Assembly: GCA_029260825.1 (NCBI GenBank) | Contig: JAJDCM010000059.1 | Span: 13,098 to 77,097, forward strand | Length of the DNA stretch: 64,000 nucleotides | Source of the DNA: Planctomycetota bacterium | GTDB lineage: Bacteria; Planctomycetota; JACOTG01; JAJDCM01 | Reading direction: 5' to 3' | Translations under genes and position numbers: made by a program | In this document: one piece after another, positions 19,381-28,496 of the stretch | How positions within the stretch are numbered: position 1 is the stretch's first letter | How the letters are laid out: each line of letters begins with the position of its first letter | Notes under the pieces: generated by a model | What the model saw: the letters and a program-made list of their open reading frames with translations, nothing else | What the model was told of the DNA's origin: nothing | Databases searched by the model: none

Positions 19381-19899
19381 TTTGTTGATTAGTTATTTAA
19401 CGCTTAACGTCCCATCCACAGTGGAAAATCACTAGTCATTCGGATCGAATGGATTCGAACCGTTTTGGAGTTCGGTTATGTTGTCATCCCCCGTTCCATC
19501 GCTGTTATCCATGGGAAAGAGACCAGCGAACGACCGAAGAGATTCTCTTTACTAGTGAACTAAGCGGAGCGCACGTTGTGATCAGTGCCAAGAATGGCAC
19601 CACCCCACCTATGACGGCCTGACCCCCGTACGGCTCAGAATGGAAGAATCAAGGCCATGGGCCAAGGCGTGCACGATCGTGGAAAACCACCTTTTTCCTC
19701 GAGGGTCACTCTCAAAGATCGGTAACAATCCCAATATCCCAATTAGCATGTGCGGTTGGTTCTGGGCAGAAGTTGCTACCCATCAACCAGTCCAACGCGA
19801 TCGAATTTCCGAGATCCCCTTTGAATCCCCGCACCACCGTGCAATAATCTGCTTCTCGTTGAGGAACAAGCACTTATATTAAGACCCAGCCCAGCAGCC

Positions 19900-21933
19900 A
19901 TGACACAACCCGAGGACAACGCACTTCCTGACAGAACAGTTTGGCTGAAGGAAGCGCAGGAATCGTTCGACGCCCGCGACTGGGCCAAGGCACTGGAAGT
20001 GCTCTCGAAGGCGAACGAGTGCGGCAAGCTGAACTCCGGCGAGCTGGAGTGGCTGGCAGATTGCGCCCGGTGGTCGGGCCGAACCGATCTGGTCGTCGAT
20101 CCCCTTGAACAGGCCTATCGAATCTACGCAAGCTCCAAGGATTGCTACGGCGCAGCCCGCACGGCGCTGGGGCTCTGCCACGCGTACGCCGACGCGTGCC
20201 AGGAAGACCTCGCTGCAGCCTGGTGGCAACGGGCGAGCGAGCTGCTGGAAGGTCTCGAGGAAAGCACAATCCACGGCCTTCACGCATGGTTCCTGTCGAG
20301 GCGGTTCGCAGGTCAGGGGAACCAGGAAGGGCAGGAACGGGAAGCCCGTCGCGCCCTGGAAATCGCCCGTCGCCAGGGAGATCGCAACGTCGAGGCGTTG
20401 GCGCTCATCGAGATCGCCCACGTTGCCACAGTTCGCGGGCGAACGTCGGTCGTCTCGGACGCACTGACCCGCGCAACGTCCCTTGCCATCGCAGGAGAGA
20501 TCGGGCTCATGGAGTCGGGGATGGTGTTTTGCAGCGCCATCTGGGCATCCCGAAGTCGCGGCGAGTGGGAACGGGCCCAGCAGTGGACAGACTCGGCAAA
20601 CCGGTGGGTCGACAGGACACGGGTCTCTTACTTTCCCGGACTGTGCCGGGTCCATCGTTCGGAGGTTCTGCGCATCCGCGGTAAGCTCCCGCAGGCGGAG
20701 CACGAAGCCCTCGAGGCAACACGCATGCTCGAGGCCTCCATTCCGCGGTGGACCTGCCTTGCCTGGGGCGAAGTGGGCGAGGTACGCCGGCGCCGGGGAG
20801 ACTTCGAAGGGGCTATGCACGCTTTCCGGCGCGCTCTCGAGCTTGGATGGGACCCACAGCCCGGGATGGCTCTCCTGACCCTGGCGCAAGGCGATCCCCA
20901 GTCCGCGTTCGCCAGCATCGAGCGGGTGTTCCGGCAACCTTCACCGACGCTGATATGCGAGGACCGAGCCAATCTCCTCCAAGCTCGCGTCACCATCGCC
21001 ATCGCCAACGAAGCTCACGGGTCGGCGGAGGAAGCCGTGGCCGAGCTCACCCGGCTCGCCGAAGGCGAAGCGACGCCCTGGGATAACGCAGCACTCCACC
21101 ACTCGAGGGGAGAGTTTCATCTCGGACAAGGAAACCCCGGCAATGCGGTCGAGGACTTGATCCGAGCACGAAACGATTGGGCCGAGCTCAGTGCCCCCTT
21201 CGAACTGGCGCTGTGCCGGGCCCTTCTCGCCGAGGCGCTTGAGTCCGAAGGAGACCGAAAGGGTGGAGAGAGCGAACGGACCGCGGCCCGAGAAATTCTC
21301 CAGCGCATCGGAGCCGTTCCGCACACTCCCGAGCCTCCGGCGGCGCCACCTTCCCGAACTGATCCTTCGGGACCGCGGCTCGTTGATGAAGGCGACTACT
21401 GGTCATTCCATTTCGAAGGACAAACCCTTCGGCTGAAGGACTCCCGAGGCATTCGCTACCTCGCCACGCTTCTTGCCGAGCCCGAGACGGAACACCTCGC
21501 CCTGGTCCTCGCCTGCAACCATGCGGCGCAAGGAGCAAGAGTCGATCGGGGAGACTCCGGAGAAATCATCGACTCTCAGGCTCTCGCCAGCTATCGCGGG
21601 CGGGTGCGGGAGCTCGAAGAAGAGCTCGAGGAGGCCCGTTCCGGCAACGATCTTGGCCGGCAGGAATCCCTGAGCATGGAGATGGAAGAAATCAGCCGCC
21701 AGCTAGCCGCCGCGGTCGGTCTCGGGGGACGATCCCGAAAGAGCGGTAGCGCTGCCGAACGCGCCCGGCAGAGTGTCACAAAGGCCCTCCGAGGCCTACA
21801 ACAGAAGATTCTGGACCAGAATCCCCGGCTCGGACGCCATCTGGAATTTTCCGTGCGCACGGGGACCTCCTGCTCCTATCGGCCCGAATCGAATCCCCCG
21901 GTGATCTGGTCCGTCGACCGCCATTCGAGCTGA
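19900..21933 (+). CDS. Cytoplasmic TPR-like regulatory protein (hypothetical)
   Basis: 677-aa ORF with helical-repeat composition. No signal peptide. C-terminal block DYWSFHFEGQTLRLKDSRGIRYLATLLAEPETEHLAL followed by a coiled-coil-like ELEEELEEAR. Preceded by a 520-bp AT-richer leader. Confidence 0.65.
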   Translation: MTQPEDNALPDRTVWLKEAQESFDARDWAKALEVLSKANECGKLNSGELEWLADCARWSGRTDLVVDPLEQAYRIYASSKDCYGAARTALGLCHAYADACQEDLAAAWWQRASELLEGLEESTIHGLHAWFLSRRFAGQGNQEGQEREARRALEIARRQGDRNVEALALIEIAHVATVRGRTSVVSDALTRATSLAIAGEIGLMESGMVFCSAIWASRSRGEWERAQQWTDSANRWVDRTRVSYFPGLCRVHRSEVLRIRGKLPQAEHEALEATRMLEASIPRWTCLAWGEVGEVRRRRGDFEGAMHAFRRALELGWDPQPGMALLTLAQGDPQSAFASIERVFRQPSPTLICEDRANLLQARVTIAIANEAHGSAEEAVAELTRLAEGEATPWDNAALHHSRGEFHLGQGNPGNAVEDLIRARNDWAELSAPFELALCRALLAEALESEGDRKGGESERTAAREILQRIGAVPHTPEPPAAPPSRTDPSGPRLVDEGDYWSFHFEGQTLRLKDSRGIRYLATLLAEPETEHLALVLACNHAAQGARVDRGDSGEIIDSQALASYRGRVRELEEELEEARSGNDLGRQESLSMEMEEISRQLAAAVGLGGRSRKSGSAAERARQSVTKALRGLQQKILDQNPRLGRHLEFSVRTGTSCSYRPESNPPVIWSVDRHSS

Positions 21934-22103
21934 ATTGCTCCTTCCTCCTGACCTTTAGCAAGCCAGCTCAAGCCCGCTGAGCAATAAAAACACGCCCGGC
22001 GGCCCGCAAAATCACACCGTGAAACCAAAATTCACGCCCTTGGGGCAGATCCTTTGAAAAGGAGCCTTGCCCTTTCCAGTCCACACGACCAGGAGATCCT
22101 CTC

Positions 22104-22952
22104 ATGACCTCGCTTTCAGCCTCTGACTCCAATCTTCACCGGAACTCGTTTCGATCAGCCCTCGTCCTGGCGGCATTGAGCAGCCTCTCCCACGGCTGCT
22201 CCTCCGCAAGCCTCCCGACCCAACCTGAAGAAGCCTCGCTTCAACCGGCCGTCATTCGTGCGTTCGCCAAACCAAATCCCGAGGCCGATGCTACCGATCA
22301 AACCTCGGTTGAGACCGACGAGACTCTCTCCATCGAGCTGGCCTTCATCACCCACCTGGAGATGAACCTCCCGGAACAGGACGTCTACATCGAACGAGAG
22401 CCAGGATCCGGAGAAGTCTTCCGACCCACCCAGGGAGATAACGACATGTCGGCGCTCCTTTACAAGACCGCCGTCACCGTTCCCCACAATCCATTCGACC
22501 CGGCGCAGATCGGCCCGCACCCCAAAGGCGAGTCATTTGGCATGACCCTCGGGGAATGGCTCGCCCACCGGGGCACCGGGGTGTACGCCGCCAAAGATGG
22601 AGCGGGAACCCTCGACCTCGAGTTCACCGGCCTCGTCCCCCGCGGGATCTACACCCTCTGGCACGTGTTCGGTGCCTTTCCACCGACCAAGCCATTCTCG
22701 GGCACTCTGAAGCTGCCGCTCGGAGCTCGAGATGGCTCGGAGAGTGTGTTCACAGCGGATGAACAAGGCCGAGCTCGCTTCCGCCACACCTTCACCCCGG
22801 AGCTCGAGCTGTCCGATGTCTGGACCCGCTCCATGCTCGCGCTGAACTACCACAGCGACGGCAAGACATATGGAGGACTCCCGGGCGATTTCGGCCTGAA
22901 CGCCCACATCCCCCTGTTCGTCATGCTCCCGTTCCGGGACGGCTTGCGATGA
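22104..22952 (+). CDS. Hypothetical lipoprotein (possible periplasmic partner of the downstream di-heme enzyme)
   Basis: Lipobox LSSLSHGCSS. 282 aa. Sits immediately upstream of a MauG/CCP-family gene. Confidence 0.6.
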   Translation: MTSLSASDSNLHRNSFRSALVLAALSSLSHGCSSASLPTQPEEASLQPAVIRAFAKPNPEADATDQTSVETDETLSIELAFITHLEMNLPEQDVYIEREPGSGEVFRPTQGDNDMSALLYKTAVTVPHNPFDPAQIGPHPKGESFGMTLGEWLAHRGTGVYAAKDGAGTLDLEFTGLVPRGIYTLWHVFGAFPPTKPFSGTLKLPLGARDGSESVFTADEQGRARFRHTFTPELELSDVWTRSMLALNYHSDGKTYGGLPGDFGLNAHIPLFVMLPFRDGLR

Positions 22953-23029
22953 ACAGCACTGCAGACGACCGACGACCCTTTCTCCGACCCCCTTTCAAAA
23001 CTCCACTCCAGAAAGAAAGGATTCATGCC

Positions 23030-24289
23030 ATGAAAGTCTTCCTCTCCCTTTTGTGCGCCGCGCTCTGCGCAAACAGCGCCGAAGCTCGAAACCCCGAAAG
23101 CGAGTTCCACGGCCAACGCACCCTGCCAGATTCCGTCACAAATAGAGACTATTATGATGATGGCGCTCCCTCCCCGGCCAAGGTGGAGTTAGGACGATTA
23201 CTGTTCTTCGATCCGATCCTGAGCGGCAACCGGAACATCTCATGCGCCACGTGCCACCATCCGAGCTTCGGCACTTCGGACGAAGTCTCGCTGTCCCTGG
23301 GGGAGGGGGCTAAAGGACTCGGTCCGGATCGTATTTCGTCTCGGTCCCACATCGGAGGTGTTTACGAACGCATCCCCCGGAACTCACCCGCCCTGTTCAA
23401 TCTCGGCGCAAGGGAATACACCGTCCTCTTTCACGACGGTCGTGTCGAGGTGGACAAGAACGCGGGCTACGAGAGTGGCTTCATCTCTCCCGCACGCTGG
23501 AAGCTCCCTCGAGGACTGAGCAACGCTCTGGCTGCCCAGGCCATGTTTCCCGTGACCTCACCGGCTGAGATGGCGGGACAGCAAGGAGAAAACCCGATCG
23601 CCGACGCCCGCGCGCGCAATCAGGTGGGCGGCGAAGGAGGTGTCTGGGATCTCCTGACCCTTCGACTCCGCTCCATCCCGGAGTACAAGGAGAGATTCTC
23701 GGCGGCGTTTCCGTCGGAAGTGAGAATCACCGACGACATCGACATGGTCCTGGCGGCGAACGCGATCGCCGCATTCGAAGCTCACTCATTTCGAGCGGAC
23801 CAGAGTCCCTTCGATCGCTACCTTCGGGGAGATGAAAACGCATTGAGCTCAAAAGAGGTCCGGGGGATGAACCTCTTTTACGGCAAGGCGAGCTGCAGCG
23901 CTTGCCATTCGGGCAAGTTTCAAACCGATCATGGATTTCACGCCATCGCCATGCCCCAGGTCGGTCCGGGAAAGTCGGACGGCTGGGATTCAGGCTACTG
24001 GAGCAAGAGTGGATACCAGGCGTTTCCAGAGGATCAGGGGCGGGGCCGAGTGACCGGCCGGATCGAAGATAACTACCGCTTCCGAACACCATCGCTCCGA
24101 AACGTAGCCCTGACCGCTCCCTACGGCCATAGCGGAGCCTATCCCTCCCTGGAAGAAGTCGTGCGCCACCATCTCCAACCCGTCGCGACGCTCCATGCAT
24201 ACGATGGGTCGGCCGCCTCCCTCCCGCCCCTGAACTTTGTCCTCGAGCACTCGGCCCGCGGTTCCTCGTTTCTTTCCTCCACTCCTTGA
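23030..24289 (+). CDS. Di-heme cytochrome c peroxidase / MauG-family enzyme
   Basis: Signal peptide MKVFLSLLCAALCANSAEA. Two heme-binding motifs CATCHH and CSACHS. Family block FRTPSLRNVALTAPYGHSGAYPSLEEVVRHH. Confidence 0.8.
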   Translation: MKVFLSLLCAALCANSAEARNPESEFHGQRTLPDSVTNRDYYDDGAPSPAKVELGRLLFFDPILSGNRNISCATCHHPSFGTSDEVSLSLGEGAKGLGPDRISSRSHIGGVYERIPRNSPALFNLGAREYTVLFHDGRVEVDKNAGYESGFISPARWKLPRGLSNALAAQAMFPVTSPAEMAGQQGENPIADARARNQVGGEGGVWDLLTLRLRSIPEYKERFSAAFPSEVRITDDIDMVLAANAIAAFEAHSFRADQSPFDRYLRGDENALSSKEVRGMNLFYGKASCSACHSGKFQTDHGFHAIAMPQVGPGKSDGWDSGYWSKSGYQAFPEDQGRGRVTGRIEDNYRFRTPSLRNVALTAPYGHSGAYPSLEEVVRHHLQPVATLHAYDGSAASLPPLNFVLEHSARGSSFLSSTP

Positions 24290-24560
24290 CCGACCCGAGC
24301 TCGCGCGACCTCGTACACCTCGTTCCTGCGAAGGTTCCCAGCGGCTTGCCCGTAGATCGTTTGCCTTCTCAAGATCCAAGGAGTTCGGAGTTCCAGCGAT
24401 GACCGCCTGGCAAGAATCAACTCCGAATCTCCGGGGATCCTGACGTGGAAGGCGGCTAAGGGATGTCAACCTGCTTGATCCGGAAGGCCTTGTTCCCCAC
24501 AATGTGCAAACCGAGGCCAAGCCCGACTATCCGAGCTCAATGACTTAACGAGGTAATCAA

Positions 24561-27500
24561 GTGATTCGATCGATTCTTGCCCTAGCCTTCGCCATGTTCG
24601 CGAGCGCTCTATTGTTCTCGACGCCCCTCCTCGCCACCGAGCCCAAGAGCTCTCCCGATCTCGATGAAGAAAAGGTGCTCTATGTTGTGGGCTATGCTCA
24701 CCTCGATACCCAATGGCGCTGGGACTTCGCAACGACGATCGAGCATTACATCCCGGCGACACTTCGGAAAAACTTCGAGCTCTTTGACAAGTACGACAGC
24801 TATATCTTCAACTTCACAGGATCCGCCCGCTTTGAAATGATGGAGGAGTATTACCCCCAAGATTTCGAAAAACTGAAGGGCTATGTGGAGGAAAATCGGT
24901 TTCGCGTGGTCGGCTCGTCCGTGGATGAAGGCGATGTCAACGTTCCATCCGCCGAGGCACTCCTGCGACAGGTTCTCTATGGCAACGGATATTTCCGGCG
25001 AACCTTCAACCGAGAAGGCATCGACTACATGCTTCCGGACTGCTTCGGGTTTCCGGCCTCCGTTCCTTCCATTCTCGCCCATTGTGGCCTCAAAGGATTC
25101 GTCACCCAGAAACTGACATGGGGATCCGCGGTCGGCATTCCCTTCAACGTCGGCGTATGGGAAGGGCCCGACGGTAACTCGGTCGTAGCCGTCTTGAATC
25201 CGGGAGCCTACGTACACCGACTCAGAAACGACCTGAGCGAAGACCCCTCCTGGCTCGAGAGGGTCGAACAACTCGGAGAAGATGCCTCGGTCTTCACTGA
25301 TTATCATTTCTATGGCGTTGGTGATCGAGGAGGAGCTCCGGACGAGGAGTCGGTCAAGTGGCTCGAAAAATCCGTGTCGGGAAAAGGTCCACTCAAGGTG
25401 ATCTCCGCCTCGTCAGATCAGATCTTCCGCGACCTGACGGAAGAGCAAATCTCTCGACTTCCCCGCTACAAAGGAGACATGCTTCTCACCGAACATTCGG
25501 CGGGAACCCTCACCTCCCAGGCCTATATGAAGAGATGGAACCGGAAGAACGAGCTCCTCGCTGATGCCGCCGAACGCGCCTCCGTGATGGCAGAGTGGCT
25601 CGGGGGCGCAACCTATCCAAAAGAGAAAATGGAAAAGATGTGGGTGCGGGTCCTCCTCAGCCAGATGCATGACATCTTGCCCGGCACCAGCATCCCAAAA
25701 GCCTACGAATATTCCTGGAACGACGAAGTTCTTGCCCTCAATGGTTTCTCCCGGATTCTCACCAATGCCATGGGAGCTGTGGCGCAAAGCCTCGACACCC
25801 GAGTCGAAGGAACTCCCATCCTGGTCTTCAATCCCCTGTCTATTCCCCGGGAAGACATCGTTCAGGCCAGGGTCACCGTTTCACCCGGCAAGAACGGAAT
25901 TGATGTGAGGGATCCGAGCGGAATCCAGGTCCCTGCCCAGATGAAAAGAGTGAACGACACGACCTTTGATGTGACCTTCCTCGCCAAGGTCCCAGCTCTT
26001 GGCGCCTCGGTCTTTGATGTGCGAGAACTCGACGCCCCAGCAACCATCAAGAGCGAGCTATCGGTAACGACAAATACGCTGGAAAATACTCATTACCGGG
26101 TCACACTGAACTCTCAGGGAGACGTGGCCCAGATCTACGACAAGAAACTCGGCAAAGACCTCCTCTCTTCTCCCGCCAGGCTCCTGTTGCTTCGCGACGC
26201 TCCGGCTCAATGGCCCGCATGGAACATGGACTGGAAAGACCTTCAGGCCGAACCCGCCGCCATCGTCTCCGGGCCCGCCAAGATCACCATTGTCGAAGAT
26301 GGACCGGCACGAGTTTCCCTCTCGGTCACAAGAGATGTTCTGGGATCAAGAATCGTGCAGCGCATACGACTTTCTGCAGGAAAAGCTGGCGACCGCCTTG
26401 AATTCGACAACGAAATCGAATGGAGCACCAAGGGTTACTGCCTCAAAGCCGAGTTTCCCCTCACGGCCTCCAACTCTCTTGCCACCTACAACCCAGGAAT
26501 GGGAACGATCCAGCGCTCGACCAATCATGAGAAGAAATACGAAGTCCCTTCTCACGAATGGTTCGATCTTACCCACGACGACGGGACCTTCGGCGTCACG
26601 GTGATTGAAGATTGCAAGTTCGGGTCAGACAAGCCCGATGACAGCACCCTTCGTCTCACACTGCTACGAACTCCCGAAGCGAAGAGCTACCTGGACCAGG
26701 CGACCCAGGACCTGGGAATGCACGAAATGACCTACGGGATAGCCGGTCATCGAGGTGACTGGCGCGAGGGGAACGCGCCCTGGCTCGGTTCCCGCCTCAA
26801 TCAACCCCTCCTAGCTTTCCAGCCCCCAAAACACGATGGCCCGTCCGGACGATCTTTGTCCTTCCTAGCGCTCAACACCAATCGAATCGCGGTAAGGGCA
26901 GTCAAGAAGGCCGAGGTCGCCGACGAGATCATCGTACGAGTTCAGGAACTTGCCGGCTACCCGGTAAAAGGTGCCACCCTCGGGCTCCTGGCAAGCATAA
27001 CAAGCGCAAGGGAGACCGACGGCCAGGAGAGAAGCATCGGAAGCGCAAAGCTGAACCATGGCTCCTTGGTTTTCGATATGGAACCCTACGGACTGAAAAC
27101 CTTTGCTCTCACCCTCACCCCTCACGCCTCCACTGCTGTGCTACCGGCCTCAGAGCCGGCTACCCTTCCGTTTAATTGCGATGTTCTTGGACTGGACGGA
27201 GAGAAGAATGGGGGCAGCATGGACCAGGACAAGAGATGTTACCCCGGCGAAATGCTACCGGCTAAGCTCCAGTGCGAGGGAATCACGTTCAAACTCGGAT
27301 CTTCCGGATCCGGCATCGACAACGCCGTTTCTTGTCAGGGGCAGAAGATCCAGCTGCCAGAGGGCGACCACGATTTGATCTATCTTCTGGCTGCTTCTTC
27401 CGACATCGAGAAGGAAGCAATCTTTCGCGTCGGAGAAACCAAGACCGCTCTTACCGTCCAGAACTGGACCGGGTACATCGGCCAGTGGGACAACCGGCAA

Positions 27501-28496
27501 TGGAACAAAAACGAGATGATCGGTCTTGCGCCGGGCTTCATCAAGCGCGACCCCGTGGCCTGGTTCTCGACCCATCGTCACTCGGACCAAGGCGACAACG
27601 ATCCTTACCAGTTCAGCTATCTCTTCCTGTACTCCATTGCGAAAGAAACAGGAGAAAAAGAACTCGTCCTACCCAGCAACCCGGACATCAAGATCCTTGC
27701 CATGAGCGTTGCAACCAACCCGAACGAGGCGACCCGCCCAGCCCAGCACCTCTATGACACTCTCGAAATGGTTCGCTCGGTCTCCCCTCCCTACATCGCA
27801 AAAGACGAAGGTAGCTACGGAAGCGGTCTCTTCCTGCAAGAAGTCAAGATCGAGCTGGCCTCGGTAACCGAAGGTTCAACGATTTTCTACACCCTGGACG
27901 GCACCGACCCTGATCAAAGTAAGACAAAATATCAGTCACCCATCCAGTTCGCTGAGGAAACGGAGATCAGGGCGCGGGCCTTCAAAGAGGGGCAACCCAG
28001 CAGCGTCGTCTTCAGCCAACGATTCACCCGAACAACTCCTCTTCCCGCAGGAGAGTTTGGCGAAGTCGTACCGGGGATTGATTTCGAATACTACGAGGAA
28101 GTCGACTTAAGAAAACTCCCTGACTTCGACGAACTCGTACCGAAAAAGACCGGAGCGCAAAAGACCATCGGGATCCAGGCAAGAAGAAGAGATGACGACA
28201 TCTCGTTTCGATTCCGCGGCTTCATTCGGATCGAAGATACCGCGGTCTACACCTTCTTCCTCAGCTCGGACGATGGAAGCAAACTCAAGATCAATGGAGA
28301 GACCATCATTGACCACGACGGACTTCACGGAGCCTCGGACAAAAAGGGCTATATCGCGCTCGAACAAGGGCTCCACGCTCTCGAAGTGACCTTTTTCGAA
28401 CGAGGGGGCGACGAGGCACTCACTCTTGAGATTCAGGGCCCCGGCCTAGCGCGCAACCCGATTCCAGAATCAATGCTCTTTCGATCTCGACAATGA
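24561..28496 (+). CDS. GH38-family alpha-mannosidase with C-terminal Fn3/chitobiase-like and PA14 domains
   Basis: GTG start with gagg RBS. Signal peptide. GH38 N-terminal catalytic blocks VVGYAHLDTQWRW and DCFGFPASVPSILAHCGLKGFVTQKLTW. PA14-like C-terminus GFIRIEDTAVYTFFLSSDDGSKLKINGETII...LEVTFFERGGDEALTLEIQG. Confidence 0.85.
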   Translation: MIRSILALAFAMFASALLFSTPLLATEPKSSPDLDEEKVLYVVGYAHLDTQWRWDFATTIEHYIPATLRKNFELFDKYDSYIFNFTGSARFEMMEEYYPQDFEKLKGYVEENRFRVVGSSVDEGDVNVPSAEALLRQVLYGNGYFRRTFNREGIDYMLPDCFGFPASVPSILAHCGLKGFVTQKLTWGSAVGIPFNVGVWEGPDGNSVVAVLNPGAYVHRLRNDLSEDPSWLERVEQLGEDASVFTDYHFYGVGDRGGAPDEESVKWLEKSVSGKGPLKVISASSDQIFRDLTEEQISRLPRYKGDMLLTEHSAGTLTSQAYMKRWNRKNELLADAAERASVMAEWLGGATYPKEKMEKMWVRVLLSQMHDILPGTSIPKAYEYSWNDEVLALNGFSRILTNAMGAVAQSLDTRVEGTPILVFNPLSIPREDIVQARVTVSPGKNGIDVRDPSGIQVPAQMKRVNDTTFDVTFLAKVPALGASVFDVRELDAPATIKSELSVTTNTLENTHYRVTLNSQGDVAQIYDKKLGKDLLSSPARLLLLRDAPAQWPAWNMDWKDLQAEPAAIVSGPAKITIVEDGPARVSLSVTRDVLGSRIVQRIRLSAGKAGDRLEFDNEIEWSTKGYCLKAEFPLTASNSLATYNPGMGTIQRSTNHEKKYEVPSHEWFDLTHDDGTFGVTVIEDCKFGSDKPDDSTLRLTLLRTPEAKSYLDQATQDLGMHEMTYGIAGHRGDWREGNAPWLGSRLNQPLLAFQPPKHDGPSGRSLSFLALNTNRIAVRAVKKAEVADEIIVRVQELAGYPVKGATLGLLASITSARETDGQERSIGSAKLNHGSLVFDMEPYGLKTFALTLTPHASTAVLPASEPATLPFNCDVLGLDGEKNGGSMDQDKRCYPGEMLPAKLQCEGITFKLGSSGSGIDNAVSCQGQKIQLPEGDHDLIYLLAASSDIEKEAIFRVGETKTALTVQNWTGYIGQWDNRQWNKNEMIGLAPGFIKRDPVAWFSTHRHSDQGDNDPYQFSYLFLYSIAKETGEKELVLPSNPDIKILAMSVATNPNEATRPAQHLYDTLEMVRSVSPPYIAKDEGSYGSGLFLQEVKIELASVTEGSTIFYTLDGTDPDQSKTKYQSPIQFAEETEIRARAFKEGQPSSVVFSQRFTRTTPLPAGEFGEVVPGIDFEYYEEVDLRKLPDFDELVPKKTGAQKTIGIQARRRDDDISFRFRGFIRIEDTAVYTFFLSSDDGSKLKINGETIIDHDGLHGASDKKGYIALEQGLHALEVTFFERGGDEALTLEIQGPGLARNPIPESMLFRSRQ

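Noticed and set aside
19440-19530. Possible complete tRNA on the minus strand
   Set aside because: Only a T-arm/acceptor-like fragment is present. No matching 5' acceptor strand, D-arm or anticodon arm could be folded. It is kept only as a possible att-site scar in the findings.
19856-19885. sigma70-like promoter (ttgagg ... tatatt) upstream of the TPR regulator gene
   Set aside because: Spacer length between the candidate -35 and -10 hexamers is only ~13 nt. It is not convincing without a transcription start site.
19879-20937. 352-aa minus-strand ORF
   Set aside because: Antisense to the 677-aa TPR regulator gene. It has an Arg/Pro/Gly-rich shadow composition, no RBS and no domain signal.
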